DNA from: Armatimonadota bacterium | GTDB taxonomy: Bacteria; Armatimonadota; HRBIN16 | Direction of reading: 5' to 3' | NCBI GenBank assembly: GCA_942492855.1 | Contig: OW818647.1 | Location: 2,486,264 to 2,550,263, forward strand | DNA length: 64,000 nucleotides | Part shown: one piece after another, positions 56,456-64,000 of the stretch | How the letters are laid out: every line of letters begins with the position of its first letter | Numbering within the stretch: position 1 is the stretch's first letter | The notes under the pieces: model-generated | Database searches by the model: none | Told to the model about the DNA's origin: nothing | The model's input: the letters and a program-made list of their open reading frames with translations, nothing else | Translations under genes and position numbers: made by a program

Positions 56456-58723
56456 TTACTTCGTCTGGACGGTTAGGCGCTTCATGTCGGCGTCGGTCAG
56501 TGTCTCCTGGCCTTTGGGGCCGATCTCCACTGCGTTGTTGTTGGCGAGAATCGCGCGCACATTGCCCAGCGTTGAGTACTGCGCCAACTTGGGGTAGGCC
56601 TTCAGCAGCTTGAAGTGCGCGTCGGAGAACTGCTTGATCTGCATCGCCTTCTGGTCAGGCATCAGACCCGCGTCCTCCCAGAACTCACCGCGCTGGTAGA
56701 AGGTGCGCGAAGCCACATTCTGTACGTTCGCCACAATCACGGTGCGGTCGTAGGCGTCCTGGTAGGTGCCGCCGATGCGTCGGTTGGCTGCCGTCTTGCC
56801 GAGTTGGGTGGAATTGGTCATGCCGCTGGCGGGCATATTCAACATTCCAGGGGCCTGGGCAGCGTTTTTGCCGCTGTTGGAGTTGGAACTCTGGGCGACG
56901 CTGTAGGCTCCGGTGGTGACATCTGCTGCCTCAGCCGACTGCTGGCGCATCTGCACGATGCCCATCTGTAATTGGGCCTCAGTCTTGCGCTCATCCGCCA
57001 GGAAGGACGTGTATTCGGTGGGTATTCCATACTTCTTGGACAGCCGCACCACCTCGTCAATCAGCTCCTGGTTGGAGTGCAGCCGGATCTCGTCCAGCAG
57101 GTAGCCGATTTTACGCGAGGCCCATAGCTGGGCGATGAACTGATGCGCATCTCCGCTATCGGGCAGACGGCTTTTCAGCACGAAACTCTTCTTCTGGTCA
57201 CCCGCTGTGCCTTTGAGGATCACTTTGACATCGCCTGAGCCCTGGTAACGACCGAGCACGATGAGCTGGGTGCCGGTGAAGATATCGGGCAGGTCGGTGT
57301 TGGGGTATCTATCACTGGTCTTGAGCCCCTGGATTTCCAGAGTCACGTCCGACAGCAGGGGGTCGCTGACTTTGGCAAAGAAGGTGCTGATTTTGGCCTC
57401 GATGCTCTCCCTCGGACGCACATAGTCACTCGCACCGCGGTTTTGCTCCGAGAGTTTGTCCAGCAGGTGGGTGTTCACATCGTAACCCACACCGAACACG
57501 AACATCCGCGCTTTGGAGTTCTTGGCATTAGTCAGAATGACCTGCGGGTCCGTGTTGCCGGCCGTGGGCTGACCATCGGTGATGAAGATCACATAGTTGT
57601 TTGCTGAGTCGACGCTTGAAAACTGCTTGCGTGCGCTGATCAGGGCATCGTTGATGTTGGTGCCACCCGTTGCATCGAGCTCCTCAACCGTGCCGAGGGC
57701 CTTTTTACGGGTGTCGATGTTGAATTTCTGCAGCCCCGGGAACAGCAGGTCGGGGGTTTCGTTGAAGGTGATCACGTTGAAACTGTCCTGCGGCTTCAGG
57801 GAGTTCAGGCAGAAGGTGAGTGCCTGCTTCGCCTGATCCATTTTTTCGCCAGCCATGCTGCCGGTGCGGTCCAGAACGAAAACTACATTCTTGGGCTGCA
57901 CTTTGGCCTTCGCCACTTCCACACGCGGGCTGGCCAGAAGCATGTAATAACCGGGCTCACCGGGCTGTTTGTGCGCCACAAGATCGATGCCGACATCGTC
58001 ATCTGAAACCGAGTAGAACAGCTCCATATCCGTATCCGGCGTGCTGTTCTTAACCGACCAGGTCACGGTGGCCTCGCGGTCAGAGGTTCGGTCTACCAGC
58101 ACTTGATGGGTGGGCGAATAGACGCTGGTGATCGGTCTGGTGGCACTGATCTTGATGGTGACTTTGCAGTCCTCCAGCGGCCGGGCGGAGAACCGCTCCG
58201 TGCTGAGGGGGTAGACGTATCGGCAGACGTTGCCGGTCTTCTTCACCACCTCCGCGTAGCTTAAGCGAATCCGCTTATCACCATTCGCGGGGATGGGGTA
58301 GACACGCGCGCGGAAGGTGTTGCGGCCGATGTATTCCAGTATCGCCGGGTCTTTGCGCTGCCTGACGATGGATTCGTATATATTTCTGGCTTCGTCTTTA
58401 TCAAGTATCTTGCCAAGTATCTCTTCCTCACCGGCATACATGGAGAACTTGGTGATGGCGGAACCCTCCGGCATTGGGAATATGTACATACCCTCGCGGT
58501 CCACACCGCTGTCGTTGTGGAATATCTGGTCGACCTTAGTCGTGCAGAGTTGGTCCTGGATGTTGACATTCACGTGATGGTATTTCACGGTGAATAGTTC
58601 CTTGGGCATCATGATGCTGGTATTGGGCCGTTCGATGGGGAAGATCATACCATCTGCCAATGCGCCGATACTGACCAACATAGACAGCATCAGTATGGGG
58701 ATTACGTATTTTCGTGCCTTCAT
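56456..58723 (-). CDS. Secreted VIT + von Willebrand factor A (VWA) domain protein
   Basis: The ATG at 58723 is preceded by GGAGGA, and the signal peptide is MKARKYVIPILMLSMLVSIGALA. N-terminal VIT-like region. VWA MIDAS motif in NVVFVLDRTGSMAGEKMDQAKQAL ... ATGGTNINDAL. Confidence 0.7.
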   Translation of the reverse strand: MKARKYVIPILMLSMLVSIGALADGMIFPIERPNTSIMMPKELFTVKYHHVNVNIQDQLCTTKVDQIFHNDSGVDREGMYIFPMPEGSAITKFSMYAGEEEILGKILDKDEARNIYESIVRQRKDPAILEYIGRNTFRARVYPIPANGDKRIRLSYAEVVKKTGNVCRYVYPLSTERFSARPLEDCKVTIKISATRPITSVYSPTHQVLVDRTSDREATVTWSVKNSTPDTDMELFYSVSDDDVGIDLVAHKQPGEPGYYMLLASPRVEVAKAKVQPKNVVFVLDRTGSMAGEKMDQAKQALTFCLNSLKPQDSFNVITFNETPDLLFPGLQKFNIDTRKKALGTVEELDATGGTNINDALISARKQFSSVDSANNYVIFITDGQPTAGNTDPQVILTNAKNSKARMFVFGVGYDVNTHLLDKLSEQNRGASDYVRPRESIEAKISTFFAKVSDPLLSDVTLEIQGLKTSDRYPNTDLPDIFTGTQLIVLGRYQGSGDVKVILKGTAGDQKKSFVLKSRLPDSGDAHQFIAQLWASRKIGYLLDEIRLHSNQELIDEVVRLSKKYGIPTEYTSFLADERKTEAQLQMGIVQMRQQSAEAADVTTGAYSVAQSSNSNSGKNAAQAPGMLNMPASGMTNSTQLGKTAANRRIGGTYQDAYDRTVIVANVQNVASRTFYQRGEFWEDAGLMPDQKAMQIKQFSDAHFKLLKAYPKLAQYSTLGNVRAILANNNAVEIGPKGQETLTDADMKRLTVQTK

Positions 58724-59185
58724 GGGTTCCTCCGGTTCTCCTTCGGGCCTCGCCCGCCTTGCTGGAAGTGCGATGAACAGAGAATATGACGATATCACGC
58801 GTGAAAAGTTTCAGGTGGGTTTTTGGAGGGGATTCCAACGCAAAGGCGAAGATGCGCAAGGGACGCAAAGGGGAATGCCTCACACGGAGACGCGGAGAGC
58901 GCGGAGAGGGCAATGACCGCGGGGTGGCCATGTCCGGGGCTGTTTTGCGTATAGGGCGGTTCGCGAAACGTCCTTCGGCGTGGCCTAATGCGCGGTGTGG
59001 CGATTGGCATCACAAGGTCGAATGCTTGACAACCATATCTGAAAAGGGTACAAATAGTCAGAGCAGTCTAGGAGTATACAAGTTGCCCTCCCTTTGATAC
59101 AAGCAAATAACCATTCAATGGGGCCGCAATTTGCACCTCATTCTAGAATTATGTTGACATCCCACCGTCAAAGGAGGGTGAAGAT

Positions 59186-59728
59186 TTGAGTAATCGACAA
59201 GTATTTATCATTGTGGCTGTGTTTTGTGTCGCGGGTATTGTTTTTATGGCGTGGTTTGTCCCTTTGATCATTGAGACCAAACGCACTGTGCATATGTACA
59301 TCCATTTACCTCAAAACTACGTGCTTTATCAGGTTGAAGCCTCTGGCACACAGTTTGGAGCACGTATCGAAAACAAGGATGAACAGTTTCACGTAGATCC
59401 CGATAACGGCCTGCGGCGTATGGTTGGTCCCAACATCGGTGGTTATCATGTTTATTCGAAGATAATAACAGGACAGATTGTTCCGCACAGGAATGACGAT
59501 ATCTATGGACAACCCCCTGAACCTAGAATTGGCTATTTTAGCGACCGGCGATTGGGTTATTTTATCATCGACCTGCATACAAAGAAGGTACTGGGTGGCT
59601 TAAACAAACGAGACTGGCGTAAGAAGCTCAGAACATATGGGATAACCACCGAACCTGTTCTATTCAAACCTTCTTGGAGGGACGCAGATTTGGGACGTAA
59701 CAAACCGCAAGCATACGACGCACAGTAG
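59186..59728 (+). CDS. Hypothetical membrane-anchored protein (single N-terminal TM), lower-GC gene
   Basis: A TTG start preceded by AAAGGAGGGTG. N-terminal hydrophobic helix FIIVAVFCVAGIVFMAWFVPLII. No known motifs. Local GC is noticeably below the window average. Confidence 0.35.
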   Translation: MSNRQVFIIVAVFCVAGIVFMAWFVPLIIETKRTVHMYIHLPQNYVLYQVEASGTQFGARIENKDEQFHVDPDNGLRRMVGPNIGGYHVYSKIITGQIVPHRNDDIYGQPPEPRIGYFSDRRLGYFIIDLHTKKVLGGLNKRDWRKKLRTYGITTEPVLFKPSWRDADLGRNKPQAYDAQ

Positions 59729-59873
59729 GTGGGCAACTAAATGGCGTCTATGGGTAGTCTGGCGGTTGACCTCGAGGTCCTGGCTCACGCGGAGACGCGG
59801 AGAAGCGGAGAGCGCCTCCCCATCCGCGAAATCCGTGGTTCAGACAAGTCCCGCGTCCCATCTCATCAGCCGA

Positions 59874-60842
59874 CTACCACTCAAGGATGACTTTAATCAC
59901 ACCGCTGGATCGGTCGCGCATTAGGCGGAAGCCCTCTTCAAAATAGGAAGCTTTCAGCCGATGGGTGATCAACCGCTCAAGCGGAACCACGCTCCTCTCG
60001 GCCAGCCGAACGGCTTCCGACCAGGCACCCGCGCTGGCGTTGCTGCCGATGAGGGTTATCTCATTCCACAACATGTGGTTCCAGAGCGTGGTGGGGTGCG
60101 AGTCGCCGTAGTCGCCAACCTCTAGCACCTTCCCCTGTTTCGCCACTACATGCAGCGAGGCGTCCATCGCCTTGGGTGAACCTGAGGCCTCAATCACCAC
60201 GGGGAAATCCATCCCTGTGTGCTTCAAGATGCCGCCGACAAGATCGCCATCGAAATCATGATAGTTCATTGTGCTTCCGGCGCCAAACTCACTTGCGATA
60301 TCAAGCCGGTATTGCCGCCCGCCCACGAGGATCACATACAACCCCTGCTGTGCTAACAAGGAGCACATCATGAGGCCTATGGGCCCGTCACCGATAATCA
60401 ACACCGGGTCTTCAGTCACTTCACCCAGTCGGTGGAGTGCATGAACCGACACGGCCAGCGGTTCGATCAATGCAAGGGTGAGGAAGGGGATATCGGATGG
60501 CACAGGATGAACATTCGCGGCCTCGGTCAGCAGATACTCCGCATACCCCCCCGGGTGCTCAAAGCCGACCTCAAGCCCGTCAGCCAGCACGTTCTCCGCC
60601 ACGCACCGCTTGCCGCCCAATAAAAGATCAACGCCCTCACCCACAGCATCTACTGTTCCCGACCACTCATGGCCCGGTATGGCAGGAAACCCGTTCCGCT
60701 CCCAGCCGGCCACCATCTGAAGGTCGGTGGCGCAGATGCCCACCGCTCCGGTGCGGATACGCACCTGGCCTGGGCCTGGTTCGGGTTTTGGCAGCTCCAG
60801 CATCTCGAGGCGGCCCGGCCCCGTGTTGACTATCGCTCTCAT
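59874..60842 (-). CDS. Zinc-binding MDR-family alcohol/polyol dehydrogenase
   Basis: The GHEWSG catalytic-zinc motif (GHEx2G), a Rossmann region IIGDGPIGLM, and the overall MDR pattern. 322 aa. Confidence 0.75.
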   Translation of the reverse strand: MRAIVNTGPGRLEMLELPKPEPGPGQVRIRTGAVGICATDLQMVAGWERNGFPAIPGHEWSGTVDAVGEGVDLLLGGKRCVAENVLADGLEVGFEHPGGYAEYLLTEAANVHPVPSDIPFLTLALIEPLAVSVHALHRLGEVTEDPVLIIGDGPIGLMMCSLLAQQGLYVILVGGRQYRLDIASEFGAGSTMNYHDFDGDLVGGILKHTGMDFPVVIEASGSPKAMDASLHVVAKQGKVLEVGDYGDSHPTTLWNHMLWNEITLIGSNASAGAWSEAVRLAERSVVPLERLITHRLKASYFEEGFRLMRDRSSGVIKVILEW

Positions 60843-61873
60843 GGATTGATGACCACCTTATTCCGCTCCGAGGAGCCCATCACATCACACGCCTTGTGGA
60901 TATCGGAGAGGGAGAAGCGATGCGAGATGATCTTCTCGATGTCGATCAACCCGGTCTCCATCAGCCGGATCGCCTTGCTCATGGCTAGCGGGGTGGTTCC
61001 GAAACTGGCATCCATGCGCCCCTCCAGGAAGTGGGTCAGACCACCGTCCAGCTCGAATTTCTCGTGTGTGGTGATGCCAAACACATTCCAGCGCGTGCCG
61101 CGGCGGCGAAGGTCGACCATCAGCTTGACGGCCTGGATTGGGCCTGCCGCTTCCACCACCAGGTCGGGACCGTGCGGGATGATCTCGTAAACGCGCTGCT
61201 TCGCATCCTCTTTGGCGGGGTTAATCACGTGCGTGGCTCCCAGCTTCATGGCGTGCTCCAAGGCGTATTCGCTGGTGTCGATGGCGATCAAACGGCCCGC
61301 ACCGGCCGCTTTGGCCACCATCATGCAGAGTAGCCCGATGCTGCCCACACCGATGATCACCACGTCGTCGCCCACCTGCATCTCGGAATACTGGATCACG
61401 CCCTTCCAGGCACCTGACAGCGGCTCGGTGATGGCGGCAGCATCAAACGAGAGGTTGGCGGGTTTCGCGAACAGGGTGTTCTCTTTGGTCTTCATATATT
61501 CGGCAAACGCGCCTGGCCACACATCAACGGGGCCGTCCCCACCGGTGGTGAAGGCGTGCTCGCAGTAGTGCGGGTTGTTCGTGCGGCAGTGGCTGCAATA
61601 TCCGCAGTATCCAGAGGGCTGCACGATCACCTCGTCACCCACCTTGAAGTGCGTCATGCCCGGGCCCACCTCGTGGACGATGCCGCTGGGCTCGTGACCC
61701 ACGATGGAGGGGAACTGCACGTTCGTGCGGATACCCTTGATGGCTTTATAATCTGTCGCGCAGAACCCGCACGACTTAATCTTCACGACGACCTCACCAA
61801 AGCCCGTGGCACGGGGCATCGGCACCTCTTCCAGTTCCAGTTTGTTGAAATCTTTCAGCACGGCAGCTAACAT
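60839..61873 (-). CDS. Zinc-dependent MDR alcohol dehydrogenase (threonine/sorbitol-dehydrogenase-like) with structural-zinc Cys cluster
   Basis: GHEPSG, the structural zinc site CGYCSHCRTNNPHYC (C-x2-C-x2-C-x7-C), and the Rossmann motif IIGVGSIGLL. It overlaps the upstream dehydrogenase by 4 bp, consistent with an operon. Confidence 0.75.
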   Translation of the reverse strand: MLAAVLKDFNKLELEEVPMPRATGFGEVVVKIKSCGFCATDYKAIKGIRTNVQFPSIVGHEPSGIVHEVGPGMTHFKVGDEVIVQPSGYCGYCSHCRTNNPHYCEHAFTTGGDGPVDVWPGAFAEYMKTKENTLFAKPANLSFDAAAITEPLSGAWKGVIQYSEMQVGDDVVIIGVGSIGLLCMMVAKAAGAGRLIAIDTSEYALEHAMKLGATHVINPAKEDAKQRVYEIIPHGPDLVVEAAGPIQAVKLMVDLRRRGTRWNVFGITTHEKFELDGGLTHFLEGRMDASFGTTPLAMSKAIRLMETGLIDIEKIISHRFSLSDIHKACDVMGSSERNKVVINP

Positions 61874-61956
61874 GGGATCATTCCTCCAGATCGGCCCGCT
61901 TCACACAGGCCGTTTATGTTATACCTTGCTGTCGGTGGAATGGCAAATGGAGGGGA

Positions 61957-62268
61957 TCAAGACTCCAATGTTTCATCAGCCGAAGTATACGCTTGATCTG
62001 GACGAGTCAGTCGGTCAGGATACTTCAAACGCAAACGGCCGCTGTTCACCATACTTGACAGGTATTTTTGGCGTATATAGTGACTATCTCTGTCCACGAA
62101 CGAAGCAATCTGGTCGGCTCTCAGGAACCTGCCGCGACACAAACGCACTATTACCTCTTCCATATCTTTGGAGTTGATCTTTCCTGGCATTTTGACCTGG
62201 GGTATCAGTTCACCTGCATCACCATTGTGGAGTGTGACTTCATCATGATGAGTTGAACTGCCGTCCAA
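61957..62268 (-). pseudogene. Possible gene remnant encoding a C-terminal winged-helix-like segment in an AT-rich region
   Basis: A 103-aa ORF in low-GC DNA. EEVIVRLCRGRFLRADQIASFVDRDSHYIRQKYLSSMVNSGRLRLKYPD resembles the C-terminal wHTH of larger Fic/AlbA_2-type proteins, but no N-terminal portion is present. Confidence 0.2.
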
Positions 62269-62581
62269 ATGTGAGGATCCTTGCCCAAGAGTGAGGAGTA
62301 GGTGTTCATGGGTAATTCAATAACCTGACATGGCCGTTCGCGTATCACGTGAAACAAACAGCACCAGTCGGGTGTATGGGGGTCATGTATATATACCTAA
62401 ACTAACATGGGATCATTACTCTAGATCGGTCCGCTTCACACAGACCGTTGATGTTATACCGTGCTGACGGTTGAACAGCCAATGATGTCATCGGTTGTGT
62501 TGTGAAAAATGCTGTTGATCACATAATATGCATGCAGTTTTATTTGATACAGAAACCAACATGTAAAATCACACCACAAAC

Positions 62582-63991
62582 CTATGATTTGTTTTTGGGG
62601 ATATCACCAGTATCAGCTTCCATATCGGTTAATCCACGCATCAGGTAGATCCGTTTCCTTTGATATAGCCAGAGCCTAAAATCTCTACTAGAGGTCCTAA
62701 CCGAAAAACCATAAATCAAGCTAACAATAGATATCGAACAAAAAATCCACGCAAAGGATTTGAGCACAGTGTTAATCATGCCATTCGGCACTGTCAGAAA
62801 AAAGCCACTATATGCAGATAATACAATTATTACACGTAAAATCCATGCAACTATCTTTGACCATTTATCTGCGTATCGATTACTGGTATCGTTTATATTT
62901 CGTATCATCAAGGAATTCGCATAACGAGCCTTTTCTAGTGCACGTTGAGTATCGTTTAATTGGTCTTCAGTGACTTGCTGTTTATGGTCACGCTCTTGAA
63001 TTATCTCATCATATTGAACCTTTTGCTCTTCTTTGATTTCATCTGTAACCCTTTGTAAAATTTCTATTGCGGTTGCTTCACTAAGTGCTTTATCATCACC
63101 TAAAGTGAGATGCACAAGTTCCTGCCTTACATTTAGGTTGCATCTTAGGAGCTGATGGTCTTTGGCTGTGATCGTAGCTTTATCTTCTAGTTTTCCGATT
63201 TCTACGATAAATTTGTTAAGTAATTTCTCAGAAGGGCCCAATGCTGCATACGAAAAAGCTATCACTTCTTTTTTTGGTAGATCAGGGAATTTCATTGGAG
63301 CTTTCAGCCAGGCCATATTTGCTAGGCTGTATTCTGATATCACACTCGATACAGCACGAGATGACTCAAACTTCTTTCCATATTCATATGCCACTTGGGC
63401 AAAGCGAGAGTTGCATGTTACAAGGACTGCTTTTGACCGTTCAAGAGTACTCGGCGACGTATAACCTCTTAATACATAAATGCTACGGACAGAGTTGACA
63501 TCGCAATCCTTAGCACATTCATTGTTATACATGAGTTCGTCTCCGAGTGACCTGGAAAACACTGCCTCATCTATCTGGAAATTCATATCATACGGTGGTG
63601 TTGACCGAATATGTATCCCCATCTCTGCAAGCGAATCATCTATACGACCAGCGATCATAAGTAAATCGGATCTTGATGTACCTCTTAAACGCGCTTCTTG
63701 TATGATGCTACCCCTTCCATCATCACGATCTAGGTACGTCGCTGAACTTGAGATAACATTTTCTAACTCGTCTCGAGTATGGCTAAATACCGCCAGATTG
63801 CCTCCAAGTTGAACTAGCAATTCCATTAAGTCGTGTGTGACTTCTTGTTTCTCCTCACCTTCGAGCCCAAGCCTTCGAATCAGCAAGGGTGTATCAAAGT
63901 AAAATGTTACGTTCCTGAATGTCGATGACACATCCTTTAGGTCTTGACACAGAAGAGAGTTCGCTAGCATGTGCCCTTGGACAAGGATCAT
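62582..63991 (-). CDS. Large hypothetical protein in AT-rich island, C-terminal coiled-coil plus two TM helices; N-terminus may extend beyond window end
   Basis: At least 469 aa, GC ~40% against ~60% elsewhere. The frame stays open past 63991 to the window edge. C-terminal KIVAWILRVIIVLSAYSGFFLTV ... FAWIFCSISIVSLIYGF form two hydrophobic helices, preceded by a charged coiled-coil-like segment. Confidence 0.4.
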   Translation of the reverse strand: MILVQGHMLANSLLCQDLKDVSSTFRNVTFYFDTPLLIRRLGLEGEEKQEVTHDLMELLVQLGGNLAVFSHTRDELENVISSSATYLDRDDGRGSIIQEARLRGTSRSDLLMIAGRIDDSLAEMGIHIRSTPPYDMNFQIDEAVFSRSLGDELMYNNECAKDCDVNSVRSIYVLRGYTSPSTLERSKAVLVTCNSRFAQVAYEYGKKFESSRAVSSVISEYSLANMAWLKAPMKFPDLPKKEVIAFSYAALGPSEKLLNKFIVEIGKLEDKATITAKDHQLLRCNLNVRQELVHLTLGDDKALSEATAIEILQRVTDEIKEEQKVQYDEIIQERDHKQQVTEDQLNDTQRALEKARYANSLMIRNINDTSNRYADKWSKIVAWILRVIIVLSAYSGFFLTVPNGMINTVLKSFAWIFCSISIVSLIYGFSVRTSSRDFRLWLYQRKRIYLMRGLTDMEADTGDIPKNKS

Positions 63992-64000
63992 GAAGTAGCC

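Overview
This is a high-GC (~60%) bacterial chromosomal window. The phylum cannot be determined from the sequence. It is dominated by carbohydrate-active genes: two tandem GH116 paralogs, a GH1 beta-glucosidase, a GH20 hexosaminidase, a beta-helix protein, a BNR/CBM-containing secreted protein, several unassigned GH-like proteins, ribulokinase and two MDR polyol/alcohol dehydrogenases. Housekeeping genes are interspersed: tatC, argC, rsmA/ksgA, a YhhQ/QueT transporter, HIT, Nif3, and ArsR and MarR regulators.

Notable modules:
- A MarR-regulated heterodimeric ABC-exporter operon lies next to a divergently transcribed truncated ThrRS-like class II aaRS paralog. This paralog has no TGS/editing domains and is preceded by a classic Thr-codon leader-peptide attenuator (six consecutive Thr codons followed by a hairpin and U-tract).
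- An HMGL-like (LeuA/CimA-type) catalytic domain is fused to a C-terminal Cache-like sensor domain.
- The window is heavily littered with at least two MITE families, one clearly derived from a resident IS4-superfamily IS, with nested insertions. There are also several short GC-rich palindromic repeat families, including a GGACGGAT/ATCCGTCC repeat that forms long perfect hairpins between convergent genes.
- Two AT-rich islands stand out: about 40.2-41.5 kb, upstream of the GH20 gene, and about 61.9-64 kb at the window end. The latter carries a large uncharacterised membrane-anchored ORF truncated by the window edge and is probably horizontally acquired.

No rRNA, tRNA or CRISPR arrays were recognised.
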